Origin: an uncultured Thermoleophilia bacterium
GTDB taxonomy: Bacteria; Actinomycetota; Thermoleophilia; UBA2241
Length of the DNA stretch: 64,000 bases
Assembly: GCA_963715985.1 (NCBI GenBank)
Contig: CAVQSP010000004.1
Span: 69,843-133,842, forward strand
Direction: 5' to 3'
Position numbers and translations under genes: made by a program. Shown here piece after piece: positions 32,333 to 42,702 of the stretch. The notes beneath the pieces are model-generated. The model was not told where the DNA came from and did not search any database. It worked only from the letters and a program-made list of their open reading frames with translations. How positions within the stretch are numbered: the stretch's first letter is position 1; every line of letters begins with the position of its first letter.

Positions 32333-33261
32333 ATGCAGGATCGGGACGGAACCGTCACGGTGGACGGCTACGATGTCTGGTATCGGCGAGTCGGTGGCGG
32401 GGGCACTCCGCTCCTTGTCCTCCACGGTGGACCCGGCTCGGGGCACGACTACCTGGAACCGCTTCAGGCCCTGGCGACGGATCGCGAAGTGATCTTCCAC
32501 GATCAGCTCGGCTGCGGCAGGTCCGACAAGCCCGATGACTCGTCGCTGTGGCGCATGGAGCGCTTCGTCAGCGAGCTCGACACTGTGCGCCGCGGCCTCG
32601 GTCTGGAGAAGGTGCATCTCCTGGGGCAGTCGTGGGGTGGCTGGCTGGCCATCGAGTACATGCTCTCGCGGCCCTCCGGCGTCATGAGCCTGGTGCTGGC
32701 CAGCACATCGGCCAGCATCCCCCAGTTCGTCGCCGAGGCATCCCGCCTGAAGGAGGCGCTGCCGCCGGAGGTCTATCAGGTCATGCGGCGCCACGAGGCG
32801 GCCGGGGAGCTGCAACATCCTGAGTACGTAGCCGCCGTCCTGGAGTTCTACGAACGGCACCTCTGCCGGCTCGACCCTGTGCCTGAACCGCTCCAGCGAA
32901 CCTTTCGCGTCATCGAAGGCAATGCGGTCTACGCGACCATGAACGGCCCGAACGAATTCACCGTGACGGGCAATCTGAAGGACTGGGACCGCACCGACCG
33001 GTTGGCCGAGATCCTCGTCCCGACCTTTATCACGGTGGTCGCTACGACGAGATCACTCCCGCCTGTGCGGAGACGATGCATCGAGGGATACGACGCTCCC
33101 GTATGGTCGTGTTCGAGCAGAGCGCCCACATGGCTCACCTTGAGGAGCCTGAGAAGTACCTCCAGGTGGTCGGTGACTTCCTGGCCGGGGTCGAGGCTTC
33201 GCAGCAGGCTGACCGGGACCCGGCCCGCGCCTCTCACCCGTCAGGCTCTGCCTCGCGGTAG
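32333..33261 (+). CDS. Proline iminopeptidase-family alpha/beta hydrolase; frameshift near 33040
   Basis: LHGGPG, HDQLGCGRS, GQSWGG, MNGPNEF; FEQSAHMAHLEEP in frame 33076..33261. Confidence 0.87.
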
Positions 33262-34841
33262 TAGATCTCGGCATCGCCGCCTTCGTGCCGGTGGCGATAG
33301 CGACGCAACACGACGTACAGGGCAGCCGCGGCGCCATAGACCGCGGCGATGAAGACCAGGGTGTCGGCGAGGCGCAGCCCGCGGGAGGGGCCGCCGGTTG
33401 TCAGGTAGAGCCAGCCGAGGTACCCGGCGAAGCAGACGAACAGGAGGCCCGCGAGGCTGATGACAGGCACGCGAAGGAGCTCGAAGGGTGCCGCTGTCGA
33501 CTCGCGGTACTGCTCGCGATGCAGGAAGGGGAACAGGACCGCCGCGAGACAGGTGACAGCGAAGGTGATGAGGTTGACCAAGGTGGCCTGCACGGCGAGC
33601 TGCCATACGCTGACTCCCATGTAGAGCAGGACCGCAGCGGCCGAGACCGCGCTGAACGCCAGGATCGCCCTGACGGGTGTCCCGTTGCGCGGGTGCAGGA
33701 CGCTCATCCAGCGGGGCAGCAGGTGGTCCCAGGACATCGAGAGCATGACACGCGACGCCGCCAGAGTGTGGTTGGGCACCCATGCCCAGAACCAGGCGTT
33801 GATCGCGATGGCCAGGCTGCCCAGGACGACGACGCTCAGCCAGGGTGCCCCGGGGAGCCCGAACAGGCGCGGCATCAACTGCCAGAACGAGTCCGGGTCG
33901 TTCAGCGCCAGATAGACGCTGGCGCCGAACAGCTGTTCCCCCGCATGGTGGATGGGTAGCGGGAGGACGACGAGAGCGAGCAGGATGGCCACCGTCTTTG
34001 CGCCGACGATCGTCGTCAGCTGCACCCGCAGCTCCCCGGCACGGCGGACCTCCGCCGACTGGAAGGCCACCCACCCGGGGTAGATGAGACCGAACGCCAC
34101 GAGGGGCAGGAGCGCCCGCGTGGCTTCCCACCCGATCGAGTGACCCTGGCGACTGAAGCCCACCTCGACGGCCCGGTAGATGATCGACCGATAGGTGGAC
34201 ACGTTGAGGCTGAGTCGTGTGAGGACGAAGTAGGCGATCGGTATCACCCCCGCGGCCAGACCAGCGATGACCAGCACGCGCTGTACGCGTGCGAACACGC
34301 GCATGCTCCAGGACGTCAGCAGCGCCGACCAGCCGATCGCCAAGAGGCCCATGGCGACAAGGCCGGCCGTGGACATGACCCACTTGCCGATGTCCACGAG
34401 GGGCTCGGCGCGCAACGCCTGGCCGAGAAGTATGGCGAAGGGGCCGACGACCACGCGCGAGGCCACCCAGCCTGCGATGACCATCCACAAGGCGCCCCCG
34501 ACGACGATGCCGGCCAGGGCGAAGACGGCTCCCAGAGGGCGGGGAAGAAGTCGCGACTGGAAGGTGTAGTCGCCGCCGTTGCGCGGCATGCTGGATACGA
34601 GCCAGGCGTAGACGAGGGCCTCGAGCAGGCAGAACGAGCCCGTGATCACGATCGCTGCGGTGAGACTCGTCAGAGGGTAGTAGAAGGTCGCGCCCGCGAC
34701 GTACCAGACGCCGAAGAATACCGCCACGTTAGTGCTCATGAGGTTGTAGAAGAAGGCGTCGAGCGGCGACCACACGGTGGGCGGCACTTGCGCCCGGCGA
34801 AACCGCAGCACCGGCCTGCCTCCGCCCTCGGCGACGCTCAT
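33234..34841 (-). CDS. APC-family amino acid/amine permease
   Basis: About 12 hydrophobic segments, SSMPRNGGDYTF, SRVMLSMSWD..LP...HPRNGTP; ATGA overlap with the regulator stop. Confidence 0.8.
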   Translation of the reverse strand: MSVAEGGGRPVLRFRRAQVPPTVWSPLDAFFYNLMSTNVAVFFGVWYVAGATFYYPLTSLTAAIVITGSFCLLEALVYAWLVSSMPRNGGDYTFQSRLLPRPLGAVFALAGIVVGGALWMVIAGWVASRVVVGPFAILLGQALRAEPLVDIGKWVMSTAGLVAMGLLAIGWSALLTSWSMRVFARVQRVLVIAGLAAGVIPIAYFVLTRLSLNVSTYRSIIYRAVEVGFSRQGHSIGWEATRALLPLVAFGLIYPGWVAFQSAEVRRAGELRVQLTTIVGAKTVAILLALVVLPLPIHHAGEQLFGASVYLALNDPDSFWQLMPRLFGLPGAPWLSVVVLGSLAIAINAWFWAWVPNHTLAASRVMLSMSWDHLLPRWMSVLHPRNGTPVRAILAFSAVSAAAVLLYMGVSVWQLAVQATLVNLITFAVTCLAAVLFPFLHREQYRESTAAPFELLRVPVISLAGLLFVCFAGYLGWLYLTTGGPSRGLRLADTLVFIAAVYGAAAALYVVLRRYRHRHEGGDAEIYYREAEPDG

Positions 34842-35473
34842 TCGAGCAGCTTGTCCCGCAGGGCGACCACGACGGCCTGGGTGCGGCTGTCCACACCGAG
34901 CTTGCGGTAGATGCTGCCCAGATGCGACTTGATGGTGTCGCCGCTGAGATACAGTCTGGCGCCGATCTCGCGATTGGAGAGGCCGTCGGCAAGCAGCCGC
35001 AACACGTCGGTCTCCCGGCTGGTGAGGGTCACTCCCTTCTCCGAACGTCGCTGCCCCTGCACGAGGGCGCCCACGACCTCGGGTCCGAAGTGATGGCCGC
35101 CGCTCGCGACCTGGCGGATCGCCGCTGCAAGGTCCTCGTGAGATGTGTGCTTGAGGACGTAGCCGCGGGCGCCGTTGCGAGCGGCCCCGAGGACGAGATC
35201 GTCGTCGTCGTGCACCGTGAGCACGAGGACGGCCGGTGCCGGTGAGAGCGCCTGGAGCTCGGGCAGGATCTCGAGCCCCGGACGGTCAGGGAGTTGCATG
35301 TCCAGGAGCACAACGTGCGGCTGAGCGGTCTGGACGGCGCGGAGGGCCTCGGCCGCCGTCCCCGCCTCTCCCACGATGACGATGTCGCGATAGTGCGCGA
35401 GCATCTTCTTCAGGCCCTCGCGCACCATCTCGTGGTCGTCCACCAGGAAGAGCCGGATCTCGCCGCCGCTCAC
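34838..35473 (-). CDS. NarL/FixJ-family response regulator (REC + LuxR HTH)
   Basis: LVDDHEMVREG, LLDMQLPD, GYVLK, LTSRETDVL...GLSNREIG...TIKSH..IYRKL. Confidence 0.93.
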   Translation of the reverse strand: MSGGEIRLFLVDDHEMVREGLKKMLAHYRDIVIVGEAGTAAEALRAVQTAQPHVVLLDMQLPDRPGLEILPELQALSPAPAVLVLTVHDDDDLVLGAARNGARGYVLKHTSHEDLAAAIRQVASGGHHFGPEVVGALVQGQRRSEKGVTLTSRETDVLRLLADGLSNREIGARLYLSGDTIKSHLGSIYRKLGVDSRTQAVVVALRDKLLE

Positions 35474-35483
35474 GGAAGTCCCT

Positions 35484-37253
35484 TCACTCCACGTCGCGCA
35501 GAGGCACGGAGACTTCCACGACCGTGCCGCTGCCGGGAGACGTTCGCAACTGAAGCGCACCGCCGACCAGCGCGGCCTGCTCGTCCATCATCGTCAGCCC
35601 GAAGTGATCGGCTACCGAGAGCCCCTCGAGGTCAAACCCGCAGCCATCGTCGCTGATGACCAGCCGTGCACTGGGAGCATCCCCCGGGACCGACTCTCGC
35701 CGAAGTGCGACGTGGCAGTGGCGAGCCCGGGCGTGCTTGCGCGCGTTCTGCAGCGCCTCGCGCGTGACGACGTAGAGTGCTGTGGCCATGTCGGGACTGA
35801 CTTCGGGCATCCCCTCCAGCTCGGTCTGGATCTCGATGCCGCTGTCACTGGCAAGTCGCTGCGCGAGAGCTTGCAGGGCTCCCGTCAGGCCGAGCCCATC
35901 GAGCACCGGCGGTCGGAGGTCCCAGATCACGGCGCGGGCGTCGGCGATCGACTTCTTGAGCATCGCGGCGACCACATCGAGGTCCTCCTGCTTGTCGACA
36001 TCGGTGGCGGCGCGCAGTCCCTCAACGTGGAACAGAGCGGCCACGATGGACTGCACGATGTCGTCGTGCAGCACGTTCGCGAACGTCAGTCGCTGGCGTT
36101 CGCGCAACAGAGTGATGCGATGAAGCAGATCGGTGGCTCTCGACTCGCTGCGCTCGAGGTCGAGAAAGAGGCGAGCGTTGCAGATCGCGCTGGCGGCCTG
36201 CTCGGCGACCGTCTCGGCGCGCGCGATGTCGCTGTCCGAGTACCGATCGCGGCGCGATGTCGTGTAGAGGAGAAGAGAGCCGATGAGCCCGCCTTCAGCG
36301 TGTATGGGCACGAACAGCGCGGTGCGGATGCTGAGGCGCTCCCGGTACGCGCGGTCGGCCCCGGCTCCCCACACCACGTCCTCGACGACGATGCTCCTCC
36401 GCTGGGCGAGCGCATCACGATTGCCGGGCGCGTCCTCGAAGAGCACACGCAGGCCGATGAGTACGTCGTCGGCGGGGTCGGAACAGGCGACGGCGACCAG
36501 ATCGCCGGAGTCGCTGTCGATCTCGAGCAGAAGGCAGTTGCACTCGCCCATGACACGCGCGCCGCTGTGGGCGATCTGGCGGAACGTCTGGGCCAGGTCC
36601 AGGCTCCCGGAGATAGCGCGAGCCACAGCACAGGCGGTCTCGAGCACGACCTCGCTCATGCTGGACTCGCGTGAGAGCGACGCCGTCCCGAGCGCCAGCC
36701 CCACGGCGTCGGTTATCCCGGTCAGCATCGCCACCTGCTCTGCCGAGGGCGACTCCCGGCGGTGCCGGCTGAGGACGACGAAGCCGCCCAAAGCGTGCCC
36801 CATGTACGAGGACGCGACGACGGCAGTGCCGAACCGTGGATGGCAGAGCGACTTGAGCGCCGCTTGTGCCTGGCCACGGCGCGACCCGTCCAACATCACG
36901 GTCGACGATCTCTGGGTGAGCGGGCCAAGCAGCGGATCATGGAGGTCCAGAGGCTGATAGGGGTACCCGCGCTTGCGCGTCGGACCCCACGCCGCGAGCA
37001 CCTGCGCGTCGCGGTCGCCCGTCACGCGCAGTATCGCCCCGGTGTCCATGTCCAGCGCCTCGGTGATCAAAGGCAGGACCGCACGCGACCATTCCTCCGG
37101 CCGCGCCTCACGGTTGAGTTGCGACAGCATCTCGCAGAGCAGCGCCTCGTGCCGGAACGCGCGCGGAGCGGCGTCCCCAGCCCACACGGTGGCGGCGGGC
37201 CTCAGATCTAACCCTGCCTCGGCCGAAGCCGACGTGCGCCGCAATCCAGGCAT
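35484..37253 (-). CDS. Soluble GAF-domain sensor histidine kinase (HisKA_3 type)
   Basis: LHDDIVQ H-box, LRPPVLD..GL, EALQNARKHA, DDGCGF, HFGL, PGSGT; two GAF-like N-terminal segments, no obvious TM helix. Confidence 0.88.
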   Translation of the reverse strand: MPGLRRTSASAEAGLDLRPAATVWAGDAAPRAFRHEALLCEMLSQLNREARPEEWSRAVLPLITEALDMDTGAILRVTGDRDAQVLAAWGPTRKRGYPYQPLDLHDPLLGPLTQRSSTVMLDGSRRGQAQAALKSLCHPRFGTAVVASSYMGHALGGFVVLSRHRRESPSAEQVAMLTGITDAVGLALGTASLSRESSMSEVVLETACAVARAISGSLDLAQTFRQIAHSGARVMGECNCLLLEIDSDSGDLVAVACSDPADDVLIGLRVLFEDAPGNRDALAQRRSIVVEDVVWGAGADRAYRERLSIRTALFVPIHAEGGLIGSLLLYTTSRRDRYSDSDIARAETVAEQAASAICNARLFLDLERSESRATDLLHRITLLRERQRLTFANVLHDDIVQSIVAALFHVEGLRAATDVDKQEDLDVVAAMLKKSIADARAVIWDLRPPVLDGLGLTGALQALAQRLASDSGIEIQTELEGMPEVSPDMATALYVVTREALQNARKHARARHCHVALRRESVPGDAPSARLVISDDGCGFDLEGLSVADHFGLTMMDEQAALVGGALQLRTSPGSGTVVEVSVPLRDVE

Positions 37254-37317
37254 CGTCCCTGCCGATCGGTGCGAAGTCGAGAGCAGCCAGGCCGCCCGTC
37301 CGCAACTGTAGGGCACA

Positions 37318-37323
37318 AGTATA
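37318..37323 (-). promoter_or_regulatory. Candidate -10 element (TATACT) for the kinase-regulator-permease operon
   Basis: AT-rich TATACT on the minus strand about 65 bp upstream of the kinase ATG, in GC-rich context. Confidence 0.35.
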
Positions 37324-37448
37324 CCTAGCGGCGGCGCGCGCGGTCTCGTGCCCCGGGGCGGGGGCTCGTCCAGGCAGTGCGACCTGCCCTTGGGCGTCCT
37401 TCACCAATCGCGCATCCGCGTGAGATGCTGTCCCTGCGCTGCCGCGTG

Positions 37449-37514
37449 CACCCGAACGGGTGAGTGGTCCGGTACGAGAGGGTGATGTGCCGGTTGTGGG
37501 ACTCGCCCTATCGT
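37449..37514 (+). promoter_or_regulatory. Island promoter module copy 7 (upstream of MoaD-AOR copy 2, divergent from the two-component operon)
   Basis: CACCCGAACGGGTGA at 37449, GGGTG at +31, TATCGT at +60. Confidence 0.72.
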
Positions 37515-37801
37515 CACGATACCATCTGCACTGGGGCACTTTGCACGACCATGCTCGAGGAGAAGGGAACCGAGTGGCACTACGGGGCATGGCGCCGGGT
37601 AGGGCGGGTGGATCCGGCCACATCGACTCCGATGGCGTGGCCTGTTCGCGGGCCGCTGAGGGCGGGTCGACTGGTCAGGAGCGTGTCGCGGCGTTTCGGA
37701 AGGCATGCACCACCGGCTTCACTCCTGGGTCTTCTGCGCGTCGTTCGGCGGGTAACTCGGTTCGCCGAGGGCACGACTTCCATGCGCTGTGGTTGGCTGA
37801 C

Positions 37802-38056
37802 ATGACAGATGCCAAGGCCGGCTCCACCGTCCGCGTGCTCGCGCATGGCGGACTCCTCTCACCCGACGCGGGCCACTCGCGCCATGGAACACTGAGCGCG
37901 GACCGCGGCACGACGCTCGCAGAAGCGCTGCAGTCGCTGGGCATCGACCCGGGCATCGTGGGCGTTGCGACTCAGCACGGCAAGCTCGTTCAGCTGAACG
38001 ATGTGCTGCGCGATGAGGGCGTCATCCACGTCTATCCGCTCTTCGGCGGCGGTTGA
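37802..38056 (+). CDS. MoaD/ThiS-family sulfur carrier, copy 2
   Basis: Similar to 23459 and 42821 proteins; ends YPLFGGG. Confidence 0.82.
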   Translation: MTDAKAGSTVRVLAHGGLLSPDAGHSRHGTLSADRGTTLAEALQSLGIDPGIVGVATQHGKLVQLNDVLRDEGVIHVYPLFGGG

Positions 38057-38098
38057 CATCCCTTTGCCCGTGCCACGGTCAGGGGGGGAGTAGACACA

Positions 38099-40003
38099 GT
38101 GTCCGCACAGCCGGCACCCGGAGTCTTCGGCAAGACCGTCTTCGTCGATCTCACAGCAGGCACGGTGCGCTGCACGCAAGCATCGCCGGAGTTCCATCGG
38201 CGCTTCCTCGGGGGCGCCGGGATCGCCGTCTACCAGCTTCTCCGAGACACGCGTGGCCGGGTACGGACGCGTTCGCGCCCGAGAACGTGCTGGTGTTCGC
38301 ACCGGGTCTGCTCGCGGGGACCGACAGCCCGGCCGCGCCAAGGTACGTGGTCTGCGCCGGTCACCGCTCACCGGGGCGCTGGGCAAGTCGGAGGCGGGCG
38401 GCTACTGGGGCGCAGCCCTCAAGCAAGCCGGTGTGGGAGCGCTCGTCTTCACCGGACGCGCGCCCGAACCCTTCTTACGCGCTTGTGACCCCACAGGGGG
38501 TCGAGCTCCGCAGTGCGCGGCAGGCGTGGGGACTCGCGACGGGTGAGGCCCAGGGATGGATACGGCATGACATCGGGGACGCCAAGGCGCATGTCGCCTT
38601 GATCGGCCCCGGCGGCGAGAACGGCGTCCGCTACGCCGGCATCGCCAGCGACCTCACGCACTTCAACGGCCGCAACGGTCTCGGCGCGGTGATGGGCGCG
38701 AAGAACCTGAAGGTGGTCGCTGTGAGCGGCGGCGCGCGACTGGATGTCCACGATGCTGCTCGTATCAAGGGAATCGCCCGCGAGACCGCCCGACTGTGCC
38801 GCACACACCGCCTCAGCGCAATGCTCCACGATCAGGGACACCCGCCGGGGTGGAGGCGACCAACGCCGCCGGCGCCCTGGCGACTCACAACTGGGAGTCG
38901 GCGTCGTTTGCGGCGACGGACCGGATCGGCGGGGCCATCCTCAACGGGAAGTACCTGGTCAAGCGCGGCGGGTGCTACGCGTGCCCGGTCCGCTGCAAGC
39001 GCGTGGTCGCCGTCGACGGCGACGAGATCAAGGTCGATCCACGCTACGGCGGACCGGAGTACGAGACCATCGTCGCCTTTGGCTCCAACTGTGGCCTCGA
39101 CGACTTCGAGGTCATCGCCAAGGCGAACGAGCTCTGCAACATGTACACCCTGGACACCATCTCCACGGGTATGACCGTGTCCTTCGCCATGGCCTGCTAC
39201 GAGCAAGGCCTCATCGGCTGCGAGGAGACCGGCGGACTGGACGTGCGTTTCGGCAACGGCGACGCGGTCCTCGAGCTCATCGAGCAGATCGCCCACCGGC
39301 AGGGGTTCGGCGATCTCCCGCCGAGGGCTCGGTCCGCGCGGCGGCCGCGATCGGCGGCGGTGCTGAGGCCAACGTCCTGGCCGTCAAGGGGCAGGAGATC
39401 CCGCTTCATGACCCTCGGGTGAAGACTGGCCTCGGCCTGCAATTCGCCCTGGCGCCGAACGGCGCCGATCACTGGTTCGCCCAGCACGACCCCTTGTTCG
39501 CCTCCGAGGCCAGCCCCGGCGTCGCGGCACTGGCGCCTCTCGGCCTGCGGGGGCCGGTCTCTCCTCTGGACCTGGGCCTCGAGAAGGTGCGTCTCGTGTG
39601 GCTGACCAGCGTCCTCAACAGCCTCTACGACTGCCTCGGCGTCTGCATGTTCGGCGCCGTGGCGCGCAGCATGACTCCCATCCACAGTTACGTCGAGCTC
39701 GTCGCTGCCGCCACCGGCTGGGAGACCAGCCTCCCGGAGCTGCTGCAGGCCGGCGAGCGCGCGCTGGCCATGGCGCGCATGTTCAACGTCCGCGAGGGGT
39801 TCGGTCCCGACGCCGATGCCCTGCCCTCGCGGTTCTTCGCGCCTATGGCGGACGGCCCGCTCGAGGGGAAGAACGCCATCGATCCCTCTCTCTTCGCCAC
39901 GGCAGTCGACCTGTACTACGGCATGTCGGGCTGGGATGCGGACAGCGGTGCGCCGTCTGCCGCCAAGATGGCCGAGCTCGGATTGGACGAGGTGCTCGCG
40001 TGA
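38099..40003 (+). CDS. aor: Aldehyde:ferredoxin oxidoreductase family, copy 2 (about 5 frameshifts)
   Basis: All AOR motifs present across frames: GVFGKT, SPLTGALGKSE, GAVMGAKNLK, CYACPVRC, GPEYE, DCLGVC, YYGMSGWD. Confidence 0.82.
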
Positions 40004-40090
40004 GCCGTGCGCGCGGCGCGCGCATCGTCGCCATCTGCCAGGTGCGGCTGGGCGAGGGGCCACGTCCGGGAACCGGTCCGTGGCCACGAG

Positions 40091-40118
40091 TTGACAGGAG
40101 ACGTCTCTCCACTAGGCT
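40091..40118 (+). promoter_or_regulatory. Sigma70-type promoter with a palindrome in the spacer, upstream of aminotransferase copy 2
   Basis: TTGACA (40091) - 16 bp - TAGGCT (40113); perfect palindrome GAGACGTCTC at 40098-40107. Confidence 0.55.
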
Positions 40119-40269
40119 TATCCACCTGGGCGGATAGCGGTCAGACGGAGGAGAGGGATGCTTACCCGGGTGTGAGCTGTTCGGCCGTGGCGGACGACGC
40201 CAGGGCGTGACGCATCGATGGGCGTTCAGGGAGACAGCGGTCGCCTGGCGGCGCCGCAAGGGAGGAGCC

Positions 40270-41643
40270 ATGGCAGACGACGTGCAGGCAAACGCAGGGG
40301 GCGCGCTCCAGGAGGACTTTCTCGGCCACCTCTGGCCGCCGTTCACGCAGATGCAGGGCATCAAGCCCGTGATCATGGAGCGCGCCGAGGGCTGCCTCGT
40401 CTACGACAGCGAGGGCAACGAGTACATCGACGCCTTCGCCAGCCTCTGGACGGTCAACGTCGGCCACGGCCGCACCGAGATCTACGACGCCATCAAGGCG
40501 CAGATGGAGAAGCTGGCGATCTACCACATCTTCCAGCTCGCCAACGAACCGGCCATCAAGCTGGCCGCCAAGGTGGCCGAGCTGGCCCCCGGCGACCTCG
40601 ACCACGTCTTCCTCACGCTGGGCGGCGGCGAGTCGGTGGAGACCGCCGTCAAGATGGCGCGGCAGTACTGGCGCAACAAGGGCAAGGGCACCAAGTACAT
40701 GGTGCTGTTCCGCGACCGCTCCTATCACGGCACCACCATGACCAGCACCAGCGCCCAGGGTCTCACCGTGAACCGCGCCAAGTTCGAGCCCCTGCTGCCG
40801 GGCTTCATCAAGCTCGGCGCCCCCTACTGCTACCGCTGCTTCTGGAACAAGACCTACGGCGAAGACTGCAAGATGGAGTGCGCGAAGCAGGTCGAGCAGG
40901 AGATCACCTTCTACGGCCCCGAGAACGTCGGCACCATGCTCGGCGAGACGATGATCGGCACCGGCGGCGTGATCCCGCCGCCGCCGGAGTATTGGCCGAT
41001 GGTCAACGAGATCTGCAAGGCCAACGACGTGCTCGTCATCAACGACGAGGTCATCACGGGCTTCGGGCGCAGCGGCACCTGGTTCGGCTTCGAGCAGTTC
41101 GGCTCGGACCCGGACCTCGTCACCCTCGCCAAGGGCCTCTCCAGCGGCTACCTGCCGCTCGGCGCCGTGCTGGCGCGCGACCACGTGTACGAAGCCTTCC
41201 TCGGCGGTCCCGGCGAAGCGTTCATGAGCGGCGCCACCTACATGGGTCACCCGCTGTGCTGCGCCGCCGGCCTCGCCAACCTCGAGATCGTGGTGCGCGA
41301 GAAGCTGGTGGAGCGCTGCGCCGAGGTCGGGCCCTACCTGCAGGAGGGCCTGCGCACGCTGCTCAGCCATCCCATCGTCGGCGACGTGCGCGGCGTCGGC
41401 CTGGTGGCCGGCATCGAGTACGTGCAGGACAAGGCCACGCGCGAGTGGTTCGCGCCGGCCCAGGGCGTCGCCGCCAAGATCCGCGACGAGGCCTTCAAGC
41501 GCGGCGTCTTCGTGCGCCTGCTGGGCGGCGGCCACGTGCACGCGGTCGCGCCGCCCTTCATCATCAGCAAGGAACAGATCGACACCGTGGTGCGCGTCCT
41601 CGACGAGTCCATCGGCGTCGTGGAGAAGGAGCTCGGCTACTGA
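40270..41643 (+). CDS. Class III PLP-dependent aminotransferase, copy 2
   Basis: RBS GGAGG; from HLWPPF onward only a handful of residue differences from copy 1. Confidence 0.93.
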   Translation: MADDVQANAGGALQEDFLGHLWPPFTQMQGIKPVIMERAEGCLVYDSEGNEYIDAFASLWTVNVGHGRTEIYDAIKAQMEKLAIYHIFQLANEPAIKLAAKVAELAPGDLDHVFLTLGGGESVETAVKMARQYWRNKGKGTKYMVLFRDRSYHGTTMTSTSAQGLTVNRAKFEPLLPGFIKLGAPYCYRCFWNKTYGEDCKMECAKQVEQEITFYGPENVGTMLGETMIGTGGVIPPPPEYWPMVNEICKANDVLVINDEVITGFGRSGTWFGFEQFGSDPDLVTLAKGLSSGYLPLGAVLARDHVYEAFLGGPGEAFMSGATYMGHPLCCAAGLANLEIVVREKLVERCAEVGPYLQEGLRTLLSHPIVGDVRGVGLVAGIEYVQDKATREWFAPAQGVAAKIRDEAFKRGVFVRLLGGGHVHAVAPPFIISKEQIDTVVRVLDESIGVVEKELGY

Positions 41644-41682
41644 GAGGGGCCGCGGCCCGGGACCTACAAGGAGCGAAGGATC

Positions 41683-42702
41683 ATGGCGAAGCCCAAGGTT
41701 GGTGTGGTGGGGTACGGCGTCATCGGCCAGCGTCTGGCCGACGGTGTGGCGCTGCAGGAGGACATGGAGCTGGTCGGCGTCGTGGACGTCGCTCCCACGC
41801 TCTCCACACGCGCCCTCTGCGAGTCGGGCATGCCCTACGACCTGTACGTGGTGGAGGCCGGGCAGAAGGCCGCCTTCGACGCGTGCGGCATCCCGGTGAC
41901 CGGCACCATGGACGACCTGCTCGGCACGGTCGACATCGTGCTCGACTCCTCGCCCGGCGGCGTGGGCCGCAAGAACAAGGAGCTCTACCAGGCCAGGGGC
42001 GTGAAGGCGATCTTCCAGGGCGGCGAGAAGAACGACATCGTGGACGTCTTCTTCCACGGCTACGCGAACTACGAGAAGGGCGTCGGCAAGGACTACCTCA
42101 AGCTGACGAGCTGCAACACCACCGGCCTCATCCGCGCCGTGGACTGCCTCGACCGCGAGGTCGGCGTGGAGCGCGTCATCGTCACCATCGTGCGTCGCGT
42201 CGCCGACCCCGGCGACACGCACCGCGGGCTCGTGGACGTGGCCCAGGTCGAGCCCGTGCCGAACCACCAGGCCGTCGACCTCATGACCATCATGCCGCAC
42301 ATCGAGGCCACCGGCCTGCTCGTGCACGTGCCCACCACGCACGGTCACATCATCAACGTGATCGCCACGACCAAGGCGGACATCAGCAAGGAGCGGGCGC
42401 TCGAGCTGTTCGAGGCCCACCCGCGCATCCGCAACGTCAAGATCGCCGACGGCTTCAACAGCAACGCGGCGCTCTTCCGCTACGCCCGCGACCTCGGCCA
42501 CAAGCGCGCCGACATGTACGACATCGCCGTGTTCGACGAGACCATCGCCAAGAGCGGCCGCGAGTTCATGTTCGCGATCAACATCCCGCAGGAGTCGGTC
42601 GTGATCCCCGAGACGGTGGACGGCATCCGCGCGGCGCTCAGTATGCAGACCGACCGTCTCGAGGCCGTCGGCCTGACGAACACGTACCTCGGCCTGGCCT
42701 GA
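41683..42702 (+). CDS. gap: Archaeal-type (class II) phosphorylating glyceraldehyde-3-phosphate dehydrogenase homolog
   Basis: GYGVIGQRLADGVALQEDM, IFQGGEK, catalytic SCNTTGL, RRVADP, QESVVIPETVDGIRA are class II signatures. Confidence 0.88.
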   Translation: MAKPKVGVVGYGVIGQRLADGVALQEDMELVGVVDVAPTLSTRALCESGMPYDLYVVEAGQKAAFDACGIPVTGTMDDLLGTVDIVLDSSPGGVGRKNKELYQARGVKAIFQGGEKNDIVDVFFHGYANYEKGVGKDYLKLTSCNTTGLIRAVDCLDREVGVERVIVTIVRRVADPGDTHRGLVDVAQVEPVPNHQAVDLMTIMPHIEATGLLVHVPTTHGHIINVIATTKADISKERALELFEAHPRIRNVKIADGFNSNAALFRYARDLGHKRADMYDIAVFDETIAKSGREFMFAINIPQESVVIPETVDGIRAALSMQTDRLEAVGLTNTYLGLA

